From assembly GCA_945898015.1 (NCBI GenBank), contig CAMDGM010000003.1, forward strand, positions 14,618-78,617: DNA of 64,000 nt. Direction: 5' to 3'. The notes below the pieces were generated by a model that searched no databases, was not told where the DNA came from, and saw only the letters and a program-made list of their open reading frames with translations. Position 1 is the stretch's first letter. Each line of letters starts with the position of its first letter. Positions 1 through 9,775 of this stretch are shown in pieces. Source of the stretch: PVC group bacterium. GTDB lineage: Bacteria > Verrucomicrobiota > Kiritimatiellia > CAIKKV01. Made by a program: the position numbers and the translations under genes.

Positions 1-2
1 GC

Positions 3-362
3 GCGCCGCTGAATCCGCGTTATAACGATTGCTTTATGCTGGGCTTGTACGCGGCGCTGACGCTGTGCGTGATTCGGGAGGCCTGGCGGCACGGATGTCC
101 GCGGGCGGGCCTGGGGCGGATGGCGTGGAACGGGTTGGTCGGGGGGGCGGGCTCGGTCGTGGGCATGGCGTTGACGGCCCGGGTGTCGGGCCTGCCCGGC
201 GGGATCGGGTTTGCCGCGATTTCCGTGGCCTCCGTGCTGGCGGGCGCGCTGCTGACGTCGTTCGGGTTTCACGAGAAGCGGGGCCCGGCCTGGTATGCCA
301 CCCTGGTGCTGGCCGTGGTGTCGGTGTTGTTGTTCAATCTTTCCGGGTTGGTTGCAGCCTGA
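3..362 (+). CDS. Membrane protein, 5'-truncated by the window edge
   Basis: Frame open from position 3; several hydrophobic helices; stop at 362. Confidence 0.6.
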   Translation, partial: APLNPRYNDCFMLGLYAALTLCVIREAWRHGCPRAGLGRMAWNGLVGGAGSVVGMALTARVSGLPGGIGFAAISVASVLAGALLTSFGFHEKRGPAWYATLVLAVVSVLLFNLSGLVAA

Positions 363-410
363 TATTTCGGTTGGCATCCCCGGCGGATCGCGTCTACAGT
401 AGGGGCTGGT

Positions 411-1256
411 ATGGATCGGCAGGAGGATGTGGTGAAAGTCGTTAAGCAATGGATTGTTCATCCCGGCCGGCCGGCGAAGCTGGGGAAGCGGGATCCCGGC
501 GCCACGCCAGGCTGCCCGTCCAAAGCGCAGGCCGTCGAGGAGTTGCCAGGGATGCTGGAGGAGCTGCGGGCCCTGCAATATCGCCTGTTCGCGGAGAACC
601 GGCGCACGGTGCTGGTGGTGCTGCAGGCCATGGACGCGGCCGGCAAGGACGGCCTGGTGCGCGGCGTTTTTTCGGGGCTGAACCCGCAGGGCTGCACGGT
701 CACGTCGTTTAAGGCGCCTTCCCCGGAGGAGCTGCACCACGACTTTCTGTGGCGCATCCACAAGGCGGTTCCGCCCCATGGCGAAATCGGCGTGTTCAAT
801 CGTTCGCATTACGAGGACGTGCTGGTCGTGCGCGTGCACGATCTCGTTCCGCGCGAGGTGTGGAAAGCCCGGTATGACCAGATTAACGCGTTCGAGAATC
901 TGCTGGCCGCCAACGGCGTCACGCTGGTGAAGATTTATCTGCATATCAGCCGCGAGGAGCAGAAGAAGCGGCTGCTGGAGCGGCTGGACAATCCCGAGCG
1001 GAACTGGAAATTCAGCGAGGCGGATTTGGCGGAGCGGAAATACTGGAACGATTACGAGGCCGCCTATGAGGCGGCGCTGGGCCGGTGCAGCACGCCGGCG
1101 GCGCCCTGGCATGTGATCCCCGCCGATCACAAGTGGTATCGCAACTGGGCGGTGGCGCATCTTCTGTTGCGCACTCTGCGGGACATGAAGTTGACGTATC
1201 CGGCGCCCCGGGGCGACGTGGCCACCCTCAAGCGCAAGCTGCGCGCGATGAAGTAA
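411..1256 (+). CDS. ppk2: Polyphosphate kinase 2 family phosphotransferase
   Basis: Walker A QAMDAAGKDG, FNRSHYEDVL, WKFS, PADHKWYRN motifs. Confidence 0.95.
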   Translation: MDRQEDVVKVVKQWIVHPGRPAKLGKRDPGATPGCPSKAQAVEELPGMLEELRALQYRLFAENRRTVLVVLQAMDAAGKDGLVRGVFSGLNPQGCTVTSFKAPSPEELHHDFLWRIHKAVPPHGEIGVFNRSHYEDVLVVRVHDLVPREVWKARYDQINAFENLLAANGVTLVKIYLHISREEQKKRLLERLDNPERNWKFSEADLAERKYWNDYEAAYEAALGRCSTPAAPWHVIPADHKWYRNWAVAHLLLRTLRDMKLTYPAPRGDVATLKRKLRAMK

Positions 1257-1265
1257 GGAATTGAT

Positions 1266-3770
1266 ATGCCCGTGAAGTCCGTTAAGAAAACCGCGCCCAA
1301 GGCGCCGCCCGCGTTCCCGACCGTGTCCATGACCGCCCGGGGGCTGCGCGATGATTTTGACCGCCACCTTCGCTACACCATGGCCAAGGACCGGTCCCAC
1401 GCCACCGACCGCGACCGGTACGAGGCGCTGGCCCGCTCCGTGTGGGACCGCCTGGTGGAGCGCTGGATCCAGACCCAGCGCACGTATCAGCGCAAGAATC
1501 CCAAGCGGATCAATTACCTGTCCGTCGAATTCCTGATGGGGCGGCTGCTGGGCAACAACGTGATCAACCTCCAGATCGAGGACCAGTGCCGGGAGGCGCT
1601 CTCGGCCCTGGGCCTGGACTGGAACCTGCTGCGCGAATACGAGAGCGACGCCGGGCTGGGCAACGGCGGCCTCGGCCGGCTGGCCGCCTGTTTCCTTGAT
1701 TCCATGGCCACGCTGGCGCTGCCCGCCATGGGCTACGGGCTTTTTTATGATTACGGCATTTTCAAGCAGCGCATTGCGGATGGCGCCCAGGTGGAGGAGC
1801 CCGACCGCTGGCTCAAGGACGGGTATCCGTGGGCCCTGATCCGCCGGGAATACGCCTATGAGGTGCAGTTCGGGGGGGTGGTTGAAACGGCGACCTATGA
1901 CGAGGGGGCGTCGATTCACTGGACGGCGGGCACCAGCGTGACGGGCGTGGCGCACGACATCCCGATCGTGGGGTACGGCGGCCACACCGTCAACACGCTC
2001 CGGCTCTGGTCGGCCCACGCCGCGGACGAGTTTAATCTGGAGGATTTCAACCGCGGGTCGTATGTGGATGCGGTGGAAAACAAGGTGCTGGCCGAGAACC
2101 TGACCAAGGTGCTGTATCCGAATGACGCGATTTCCGAAGGCAAAGAGCTGCGGCTGAAGCAGCAGTACTTCTTTGTGAGCTGCTCGCTGCAGGATATCCT
2201 CCGGCGTTTTGTCCAGGACAACGGCCGCGCGTGGCACAAGCTGCCCGCCAAGGTGTTCGTGCAGCTGAACGACACCCACCCCGCCTTGGCGATTCCGGAG
2301 CTGATGCGGCTGCTGATGGATCGTGAAAAACTCGCCTGGGACCAGGCCTGGGAATTGACGCGCGCCTGCATGGGATACACGAACCACACGGTCCTGCCGG
2401 AAGCGCTTGAACACTGGGGAGTGCCCTTGTTTGCGAGACTCCTGCCGCGGCATTTGCAGATTATTTTCGAGATCAACGCCCGCTTCCTGCGGGATGTGGC
2501 CCTGCAGTATCCGGGCGACCTGGACCGGCTCGAGCGGGTCAGCTTGATTGGCGAACGGGGCGAGAAGCAGGTGCGTATGGCCAACCTGGCCGTGGTGGGG
2601 TCCTGTTCCGTGAACGGCGTGGCCGAACTGCACAGCCGCATCCTGCGCGAGCGGTTGTTCAAGGATTTCGCCGAACAGTGGCCGGAGAAGTTTAGCAACA
2701 AGACCAACGGCATCACCCAGCGCCGGTGGCTGCTCAAAGCCAACCCCGGGCTTGCCGCCCTGGTGACCGGCGCCATCGGCCCCGGCTGGATCACGGACCT
2801 GGACGAGCTGCGCAAGCTGGAAGCATTTCTGGATGACGAAGCGTTCCTGGTGCGGTTCCGTTCGGTCAAGCAGGCCAACAAGAAAGCGCTGGCGTCCCTG
2901 ATCCTTTCCACCGTGGGCGTGGCGGTCTCGCCGGACTCGCTGTTCGACGTGCAGGTCAAGCGGCTGCACGAGTACAAGCGGCAGCTCCTGCTGGCCCTGT
3001 ACATCGTGGTGCTTTACAACCGGCTGGTGGCCAATCCGACGATGGATGTCCAGCCGCGCACCTTCATCTTCGCGGCCAAGGCGGCGCCGGGGTATGCGAT
3101 GGCCAAGCGGATCATCCGGTTCCTGCATGCCGTGGCCGCCGTGGTCAACGGCACCCCGTCGCTGGACCACAAGCTGAAGGTTGTGTTTCTGCCTGATTAT
3201 CGCGTGTCGCTGGCGGAAAGGATCATTCCGGCCGCCAACCTGAGCGAGCAGATTTCGCTGGCCGGGACGGAGGCCTCCGGCACGGGGAACATGAAGCTGA
3301 TGCTCAACGGCGCGCTGACCATCGGCACGCTGGATGGTGCCACGATCGAGATCCGTGACGAGGTGGGCGAGGAGAACCTGTTCCTGTTCGGCATGACGGC
3401 CGACGAGGTGGACCAACGGCGGCCCGGGTATAATCCCCGCGAGACGGCTAGCCGGGATCCGGAGATTCACGCGGCGCTGGAGCGGATCCGCAAAAACGTG
3501 TTTTCGCTGCTCAAGCCCGGCGAATTCGATCCCATCCTGCGCGCGTTGCTGGACGAGGGCGACCGGTACATGCTGCTGGCCGACCTGCGCAGTTATATCG
3601 AGGCGCAGGAGAAGGTGGATGCGCTTTATCGCCGGCCCATGGAGTGGGACCGCATGGCGTTGCTGAACGTGGCGCGCGCGGGGAAGTTTTCATCCGATCG
3701 CACGATTCGGCAGTATGCGTCGGACATCTGGCAGGTTACGCCGTGTCCGGTCGAAACGCGCGGCGGGTAG
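1266..3770 (+). CDS. glgP: Glycogen/starch phosphorylase (GT35)
   Basis: GLGNGGLGRLAACF, QLNDTHP, KRLHEYKRQ and the PLP site EASGTGNMK. Confidence 0.97.
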   Translation: MPVKSVKKTAPKAPPAFPTVSMTARGLRDDFDRHLRYTMAKDRSHATDRDRYEALARSVWDRLVERWIQTQRTYQRKNPKRINYLSVEFLMGRLLGNNVINLQIEDQCREALSALGLDWNLLREYESDAGLGNGGLGRLAACFLDSMATLALPAMGYGLFYDYGIFKQRIADGAQVEEPDRWLKDGYPWALIRREYAYEVQFGGVVETATYDEGASIHWTAGTSVTGVAHDIPIVGYGGHTVNTLRLWSAHAADEFNLEDFNRGSYVDAVENKVLAENLTKVLYPNDAISEGKELRLKQQYFFVSCSLQDILRRFVQDNGRAWHKLPAKVFVQLNDTHPALAIPELMRLLMDREKLAWDQAWELTRACMGYTNHTVLPEALEHWGVPLFARLLPRHLQIIFEINARFLRDVALQYPGDLDRLERVSLIGERGEKQVRMANLAVVGSCSVNGVAELHSRILRERLFKDFAEQWPEKFSNKTNGITQRRWLLKANPGLAALVTGAIGPGWITDLDELRKLEAFLDDEAFLVRFRSVKQANKKALASLILSTVGVAVSPDSLFDVQVKRLHEYKRQLLLALYIVVLYNRLVANPTMDVQPRTFIFAAKAAPGYAMAKRIIRFLHAVAAVVNGTPSLDHKLKVVFLPDYRVSLAERIIPAANLSEQISLAGTEASGTGNMKLMLNGALTIGTLDGATIEIRDEVGEENLFLFGMTADEVDQRRPGYNPRETASRDPEIHAALERIRKNVFSLLKPGEFDPILRALLDEGDRYMLLADLRSYIEAQEKVDALYRRPMEWDRMALLNVARAGKFSSDRTIRQYASDIWQVTPCPVETRGG

Positions 3771-3777
3771 GGGAGGC

Positions 3778-4254
3778 ATGATGAAAACGCTGGTGGTGTT
3801 TTATTCCCGGACGGGCCGCACGAGAAAAGCGGCGGAAAAGCTGGCGGAGCTGCTGGGCGCGGAGACGGAGGAGCTGGTGGAGCCGGGCAAGGACCGCGGG
3901 GGCGCGGTGGGCTTCATGCTGGCCGGCCGGGATGCCATGTTGAAGCGGCCGGTGGAGCTGGCGCCGGTGGCGAAGGATCCCGCGGCGTTCGACCGGGTGG
4001 TGCTGGGCAGTCCCGTGTGGGCGTTCACGATGTGTCCGGCGATCCGGGCGTATGCGGCGGCTCATGCCGGCGCGATCCGGACGGCCGCGTTTTTCTGTAC
4101 GCATGGCGGGGGCGGGCCGTCCAAAAGCTTTTCCCAGGCTGAGGCGGTGCTGGGCAAGCCCCTGATCGCCACGCTGTCCCTGCTCGACAAGGCGATTGAC
4201 CGCGGCGAGGTTGACGCGGACCTGGCGGCCTTCGCCAAACGACTGACAGGCTAG
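3778..4254 (+). CDS. Flavodoxin-like protein
   Basis: YSRTGRT FMN loop, GSPVW, FCTHGG; RBS GGGAGG before ATG 3778. Confidence 0.9.
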   Translation: MMKTLVVFYSRTGRTRKAAEKLAELLGAETEELVEPGKDRGGAVGFMLAGRDAMLKRPVELAPVAKDPAAFDRVVLGSPVWAFTMCPAIRAYAAAHAGAIRTAAFFCTHGGGGPSKSFSQAEAVLGKPLIATLSLLDKAIDRGEVDADLAAFAKRLTG

Positions 4255-4268
4255 TTCAAGGAGACGGT

Positions 4269-5159
4269 ATGCAGGTGCTGGACAAAAAGGAAATCGTGCG
4301 GATCTGCCGCATCAAAGTCGAGGAGTTTGGCCGGAATCGGCCGCGGGTGCCGTACCGGGTGGTGAAGGATTCCGCCGAGATGGGCGAGGTCATGGCGCAC
4401 GAGCTGGCTGACCTGGTCGCGGCCCACAATAAGGCGCGCAAGCCGACCCGCGCCATCGTGCCCTGCGGCCCCATGGCGTGGTATAAGCCCTTTGCCCGAA
4501 TCGTCAACGAAGAGCGCCTCTCCCTCAAGAAGCTGACTGTGTTCCACATGGACGAATGCCTGGACTGGCAGGGGCGCCTGCTGCCCAAAAGTCATCCGCT
4601 GAATTTCCGTGCCGTGATGGAGGAGGTCTTTTACGGCCCCATCAAGGCGGCGCTGGCGGTGCCCGTGGCGCAGCGGTTCTGGATGCAGCCCGATCTTTTG
4701 CCGGTCTACCGGAAGGCGTTCTGGGCCGCGCCCATCGACCTGTGCCTGGGCGGGTGGGGGCAGGATGGCCACATCGCCTACAACCAGGCGCGGCGCGAAC
4801 CGTTCAGCCCCGTCTCCCTGGACGAGCTGCGGAACGCGGAAATGCGTGTCCAGAATAACAATTGGGACACGGTGCTGGCTCTGGGCCAGCGGAATTTCGG
4901 GAGCGCGTACCAGCTCGTGCCGCCCATGTCGTGCACGATCGGGATCAAGGAGTGCCTGTCGGCGAAGCGGATGCGGGTGTTCAGTGATACGGGCGCCTGG
5001 AAGATGACGGCGTTCCGCGCCGCCCTATTCGCGCCGCCCTGCGCGGAGTATCCACTGACCCTTTTACAGGAACATCCTGACGCGGTGGTCACGGCCACGC
5101 GCGAGACGGCCGACCACCCGCTCTCCCGGCATCCGGAGTGGACGTTTCCCGGGGCCTAG
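4269..5159 (+). CDS. Glucosamine-6-phosphate isomerase/deaminase (NagB)-like protein
   Basis: PCGP, FHMDE, GGWGQDGHIAYN, YPLTLLQEH resemble NagB motifs in divergent form. Confidence 0.75.
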   Translation: MQVLDKKEIVRICRIKVEEFGRNRPRVPYRVVKDSAEMGEVMAHELADLVAAHNKARKPTRAIVPCGPMAWYKPFARIVNEERLSLKKLTVFHMDECLDWQGRLLPKSHPLNFRAVMEEVFYGPIKAALAVPVAQRFWMQPDLLPVYRKAFWAAPIDLCLGGWGQDGHIAYNQARREPFSPVSLDELRNAEMRVQNNNWDTVLALGQRNFGSAYQLVPPMSCTIGIKECLSAKRMRVFSDTGAWKMTAFRAALFAPPCAEYPLTLLQEHPDAVVTATRETADHPLSRHPEWTFPGA

Positions 5160-5362
5160 CCCAGCTCGAGCTTCACGAGCATGTCGCGGATCAGGCGGAT
5201 GTGGCGGGTTTCCTCGTCTTTCAGCCGCTCCAGAAGTTCCTGGACGGGCTTGATCTTGCACTGCAGGATGGCGTGGTCGTAAAAGTCGTGCGCCTGCTGC
5301 TCCTTGGCGAGGGCGGCTTTCAGAAGCTCGCCGGTCGAGCTGATCGGTCGGGGGGTGTCCAT
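5156..5362 (-). CDS. Small ferritin/rubrerythrin-like protein (half diiron module)
   Basis: E..A.DFY and DEETRH (EExxH) motifs in 68 aa. Confidence 0.75.
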   Translation of the reverse strand: MDTPRPISSTGELLKAALAKEQQAHDFYDHAILQCKIKPVQELLERLKDEETRHIRLIRDMLVKLELG

Positions 5363-5479
5363 GGGAAGCTCCTGGCTAATGATGTCTCTCCTTTTATCAG
5401 GTTGCCGCCGCCGAGGAAAGCATTGATGCGGGTTCCGGAATGGGGTAGCCTGACATCGTCATTCACCCCAAGGAGCGGT

Positions 5480-6790
5480 ATGAGCAGCGGGAATACCAGG
5501 ATTGCTTTGGCCTATGGGTCGAGCGTGTTGACGGCGGCCTTTCCCGCCGCCCGCACGGACGTGATCGAGCCGCGGCATGCGGCGGGCCTGCCGGATGAAC
5601 GCGCGGCGTTCCAGGCGGCGCTGGAGCGGCCGATTGGCGCGCCTCCGCTGAGGGCGTGGATCAAGCCGGGCGCCCGCGTCTGCATCGTGTTCACCGACAT
5701 CACCCGGGCCACGCCCAATGAGCGGATCATTCCCTGGCTGCTGGATGCGCTCCGGGAGGTGCCCCGCGAGCACGTGACGCTGATCAACGGCCTGGGCACG
5801 CATCGGCCGAATACGCCAGCCGAACTGGAAAAAATGCTTACCCCGGCAGTGGTCCGGGGCTGGCGCGTGATCAACCATGAGCCCGGGAACCCGGCGGCGC
5901 TGGCGGAGGTCGGGCGGTTGGACAACGGGCGGCCGGCGTTGATCCACAAGGCCGTGGTGGACGCGGATGTCCGCATCCTGACGGGCTTTATCGAGCCGCA
6001 TTTTTTCGCGGGATTCAGTGGGGGCCCCAAGGCGATCCTGCCCGGCGTGGCGGGGCAGGACAGCGTGGAGGACAATCATGGGGCGGCTCACATCGCCGAC
6101 CCGGCCGCCTCGTTCGGGATCACGGCGGGGAATCCGATCTGGGAGGAGATGGCCCGGATTGCGCGGGCGGTGGGGCCGTCGTTCCTGGTGAATGTGGCGC
6201 TGAACGCGGAGAAGCGGATCACGGGCGTGTTTGCGGGCGAGCTGTTCGCGGCGCATGCGGCGGGGTGCGCCTTCGTGAAGGCGTCGGCGATGCAGGCGGT
6301 GGCGCGGGAGTACGAGGTGGTGGTGACGACGAACAGCGGGTATCCGCTGGATTTGAATTTATACCAGGGCGTGAAGGGGCTGAGCGCGGGCGCGCGGATC
6401 GTCCGGCCGGGCGGATTGCTGATCCTGGCGTGCGAGTGCCGGGAAGGCGTGCCGGCCGGCAGTCCGTTCGACCGGCTGCTGCGCGGTTCGCCGGGTCCGG
6501 CGGAGGTGTTGAAGACGATTTCGGCCCCGGGGTTTCGGGCGCCCGAACAGTGGCAGGCCCAGATCCTGGCGCTGATCGGGCTGCGGGCGCGGCTCATGCT
6601 TTACAGCGGATTGCCGGAGGAGGCGGTGCGGGCCGCGCATTTTGAGCCATGCCGGGATATTGAGGCCGCCGTGGCGCGCGAGCTGGCGGCCCGGGGACCC
6701 GAGGCCCGCGTGGCGGTGTTGCCGCTGGGTCCGCTCACGATTCCGTACCGTCCCCGCGAGCCGCAGGACGGATTTTCGGCGGCGGGTTGA
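5480..6790 (+). CDS. larA: Nickel-dependent lactate racemase (LarA) family protein
   Basis: DITRATP, GLGTHR, EPHFFAGFSGGPK, GYPLDLNLYQGVKG; RBS AAGGAG before ATG 5480. Confidence 0.9.
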   Translation: MSSGNTRIALAYGSSVLTAAFPAARTDVIEPRHAAGLPDERAAFQAALERPIGAPPLRAWIKPGARVCIVFTDITRATPNERIIPWLLDALREVPREHVTLINGLGTHRPNTPAELEKMLTPAVVRGWRVINHEPGNPAALAEVGRLDNGRPALIHKAVVDADVRILTGFIEPHFFAGFSGGPKAILPGVAGQDSVEDNHGAAHIADPAASFGITAGNPIWEEMARIARAVGPSFLVNVALNAEKRITGVFAGELFAAHAAGCAFVKASAMQAVAREYEVVVTTNSGYPLDLNLYQGVKGLSAGARIVRPGGLLILACECREGVPAGSPFDRLLRGSPGPAEVLKTISAPGFRAPEQWQAQILALIGLRARLMLYSGLPEEAVRAAHFEPCRDIEAAVARELAARGPEARVAVLPLGPLTIPYRPREPQDGFSAAG

Positions 6791-6812
6791 GCGGGCGTGC
6801 CCGCCGTGGTGG

Positions 6813-7041
6813 GTTGCGTCGTTTCGGGCGCAAATGGCCGGCCGCTTTCGGGCGGATCCGCCTTCCGGCTGGAGGCGTCGGGGCACGAGCCCACGCCGCC
6901 TCGCCGTCAGGCGGCTGCGCCTCGAAATCGGCGCGTCCATTTTCGCCTGATCGAAACGTCGCAACCGGGTCCACTCGCGCGCCCGGCCATCTATCGATGA
7001 GCCTCGGGCGGCGCGCGATCTCGGTTCCCGTGCCAAGCCCG
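6813..7041 (-). repeat. Long-hairpin element copy 1 (hairpin 6813-6965, short hairpin 6976-7018, tail to 7041)
   Basis: Terminal inverted repeats gttgcgtcgtttcg/cgaaacgtcgcaac; collinear with 21514-21726. Confidence 0.9.
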
Positions 7042-7080
7042 CAGTAATATTGATGTTCAAAGAGTCGAGCCTTGGTCTCA

Positions 7081-7362
7081 CGGGCTTTTGTTGGAAGCCG
7101 TCTCGCGCGCCGCCCGAGCGAGCGCGACAGCGCCGCGGGCGCGCGAAGGCGTTGTCGTTGCGGCGTTTCGATTAGCGGAAATGAGCGAGCTGATTTTGGA
7201 GCTCAGCCAGCCGACAACGGAGCGGCGTGGGCTGGTGCCCCGACGCTCCCAGGTGGAGGCTGGATCAGCCCAAAAGCAGCCGCGCATTAACGCCGAAACG
7301 CCGCAACCCGACGGGTCATCCCGCATCGTTTATTGGCCAGCATGGCCGAAAGGGGAAATCCT
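7081..7362 (+). repeat. Long-hairpin element copy 2 (inverted relative to copy 1; hairpin 7157-7307) plus tail module 7308-7362
   Basis: Reverse-complement similarity to 6813-7041; ends gttgcggcgtttcg/cgaaacgccgcaac. Confidence 0.85.
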
Positions 7363-7482
7363 AGACGTGGTTTTGGGGCCATTCTTACCGCTTGTCTTCC
7401 GGGTATCCTCCGGCCATAATCCTGGCGTGGCGGTTCTGTAACACGCCGGGGTGCCTTGACATTGTTTAGCGGGAGGAACGTG

Positions 7483-8748
7483 ATGAGCATGCGCAGGCTT
7501 GCCGTGTTGGTCTTGGCCGGACTCGCGACGGTGTCCGCGGCGGATGTGACGAACACCGTGGATCCCAAGGCCGAAGCGGTGCTTCAGTCCGTATCCGACT
7601 ATTTCAAGGCGGCGCCGTCCTTCAAGGTGGAGATGGAAGCCGAGACCCGGATCGAGGCCGAGGATATGAAGCAGGAGTTCACCACCCGGGCCGTCCTGGC
7701 GGTGAAACAGCCGGACAAGCTCGCGATGACGGTCAAGAACAGCATGATCGGGACGATGGTCCTGGTGTGCGACGGTACCAATGTCACCGCCTTTCTCCCG
7801 GCCTTCAACCGGTACACGGTCAAGCCCTCGGGCGGATCGCTGGAGCAGCTTTCCCTGGTCATGGGGGGGGCGTCTCCCGCCTGCCTGCCGGTCGTTTCCG
7901 CGCTGATGGAGCGCGACCCGTATGACGCGCTGGTGAAAGACGCGTCCCGCATCCAATACCTGGGCGAGGAAAAGCGGGGCGAGGTTGCCTGCCATCGCTT
8001 GAAATTCACGCATCCGGAGTTTGATTGCGAGGCCTGGATCCGGACCGGCCCCCAGCCGTTGATCGAAGCGGTCAAGCCCTGTCTGGCCAAAATGGGACTG
8101 GCGGGAAAATTGCCGCCCGGCATGAAGACCGACGTGATTCTCAACCTGACGGGATGGGAAGTTGGCACGGACCTGCCCGCCGCTTTGTTCGCCATGACGC
8201 TTCCGCCGGAGGCCCAAAAAGCGGACTCCCTTTTCCCGGGGCAGTCGGAGGAAGAACCGGTGGAAGTGGATCCCACGGAGGCCCTCCGGCTGAAGCCGGC
8301 GCCGACGTTCCGGTTGCCGTTACTGGCGGGCGGGACATTCGATTTGGCGGCGCAGAAAGGCCAGGCCGTTTCCGTGCTGTGCTTCTGGACCACGTGGGCC
8401 GGCCCCTGTCGGCTCGCCCTTCCCATGCTTGAAAAACTGGCCGCCGCCTTCAAGGACAAAGGGGTGGCGGTCGTGGGCATCAATCAGCAGGAAGGGGATG
8501 CCGCGATCAAGGAATTTCTGGGGAATGCCGGGGTGACGATTCCCGTGGCGCTCGATGGCGGCAGCGAGGTGGCCGGGCTTTACCAGGTGGCGGGGGTCCC
8601 CCAGATCGTGGTGGTCGATAAAAGCGGCCTCGTGCGCGAGGTCTATATGGGCTATGGAAAAAGCCTCGAGGACGAATTGCGGGTTGTGCTCGAGGCGCTG
8701 ACCGCCCCGCCGCCCGCGGCTCCTCCGGGCGCGCCGGCCGGGCCATAG
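7483..8748 (+). CDS. Exported DUF2092 (LolA-like) domain plus TlpA/redoxin domain protein
   Basis: Signal peptide; N-terminal AEAVLQSVSDYF..SFKV; C-terminal FWTTWAGPC and GVPQIVVVDK thioredoxin fold. Confidence 0.8.
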   Translation: MSMRRLAVLVLAGLATVSAADVTNTVDPKAEAVLQSVSDYFKAAPSFKVEMEAETRIEAEDMKQEFTTRAVLAVKQPDKLAMTVKNSMIGTMVLVCDGTNVTAFLPAFNRYTVKPSGGSLEQLSLVMGGASPACLPVVSALMERDPYDALVKDASRIQYLGEEKRGEVACHRLKFTHPEFDCEAWIRTGPQPLIEAVKPCLAKMGLAGKLPPGMKTDVILNLTGWEVGTDLPAALFAMTLPPEAQKADSLFPGQSEEEPVEVDPTEALRLKPAPTFRLPLLAGGTFDLAAQKGQAVSVLCFWTTWAGPCRLALPMLEKLAAAFKDKGVAVVGINQQEGDAAIKEFLGNAGVTIPVALDGGSEVAGLYQVAGVPQIVVVDKSGLVREVYMGYGKSLEDELRVVLEALTAPPPAAPPGAPAGP

Positions 8749-8781
8749 ACACTCCGCATTTAGTCCTGACCCTTTGGCGCC

Positions 8782-9525
8782 TTACAAAACCACGGACAGC
8801 ATCAGGCTGCCCCAGAACGGGTTATCATCCTTGTAGAGGGCCTTCGCGCCAGCTCGGATATCCGAGTCCGGCAGCCAGGCATATTGGATGCCGGGCGTGA
8901 GGGTGACGGTTTTCGACAAGGCGAACGACACCTTGGCGCCCGTGGTTACATCGTTCAAGGCCGCATCGTCCACGCCGAAGTAGAAGGCGTTGTAATCCTC
9001 GTCCGCGGCGCCTATCGAGGCGATCAGCTCCAAGGTGGTGGTATCGCCAAGGGCGATTTCCTTTGAAAGTGCCAACGAGGCATAGAACCCGTCGGCCTCC
9101 TCCACATCGCGGTAGACGGAAAGGGTGGGGACCGCCAGCGACGCGTCCGGCAGGGACAGGCTTCCGTAGACTTCCCGCGTACTGGAAACATCTGTGTTGG
9201 GGAACAGGTACTCGATCACGCCGACGCCATATTCCATGGCGCCCCACTGGCCGCCGTAGGAGACGGTGAGATCGACCTCCGAGAAGTCGGCGTGGGTCTC
9301 TCCGCGGTCGGTGGCGTCGTAGTTCGCCCAGACGTTCACTCCGAATCCGTCCTTTTCCACGTTCAAGGCGGGCTGGATGACGGCTTCGTCGTTCAGCATC
9401 TGGCCGCGCCATACGTAGGCGGAGAGGATCGGCAGGTCCACGCCCGCATCCGCGCCGCGCGCCGTTGTTCCCGCGCCCAGAATTCCAGCCGTCGCTATCA
9501 GCATCAGTCCCGTTGCCGTCCGCAT
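8782..9525 (-). CDS. Outer-membrane beta-barrel protein (TorF/TIGR02001-like putative porin)
   Basis: Signal peptide, SAYVWRG, EVDLTVSYG, IEYLFP motifs. Confidence 0.75.
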   Translation of the reverse strand: MRTATGLMLIATAGILGAGTTARGADAGVDLPILSAYVWRGQMLNDEAVIQPALNVEKDGFGVNVWANYDATDRGETHADFSEVDLTVSYGGQWGAMEYGVGVIEYLFPNTDVSSTREVYGSLSLPDASLAVPTLSVYRDVEEADGFYASLALSKEIALGDTTTLELIASIGAADEDYNAFYFGVDDAALNDVTTGAKVSFALSKTVTLTPGIQYAWLPDSDIRAGAKALYKDDNPFWGSLMLSVVL

Positions 9526-9566
9526 GTTCGTACTCCCTGGTTGTTGTTTCAGTCCGTAATTCCCTT

Positions 9567-9583
9567 AGCAAGGGCAATGCCAA
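9567..9583 (-). promoter_or_regulatory. Sigma-54 (-24/-12) promoter
   Basis: Minus strand TTGGCATTGCCCTTGCT with GG-N10-GC spacing, 42 bp before the porin start and preceded by an AT-rich upstream region. Confidence 0.75.
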
Positions 9584-9775
9584 CTCGGGCTAAAGAGTTG
9601 TAAATGACTCACGGTGAATCGGTTGCAAGATAAATGACGAGAAAGTCGCCATTCATTGGATGCGACAAGATGGTCGAATAATGCTTTGAGTGCTACAGAA
9701 TTGTTCCATCGGTTGATAGAGCGGAGACTTCTATATACAGGGGTCACGCTGTGCGGCTGTCCGGAGGCCCGGCGG

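Noticed and set aside
5138..5479. N-terminal extensions in the ORF track for larA (also gdhA, radical SAM, glmM, permease and four-helix bundle)
   Set aside because: The extensions overlap other genes or repeats; downstream starts with an RBS match the family N-termini.
6945..6965. CTGATCGAAAC in the hairpin elements resembles the hammerhead ribozyme core
   Set aside because: A hammerhead needs CUGANGA, stem II, then GAAA. Here there is no stem II and the bases are part of the terminal stem and bulge.
9731..9765. GTGAC and GTATA on the minus strand as a fourth ECF promoter
   Set aside because: The two boxes are only a few bases apart, not the spacing seen in the three real matches.
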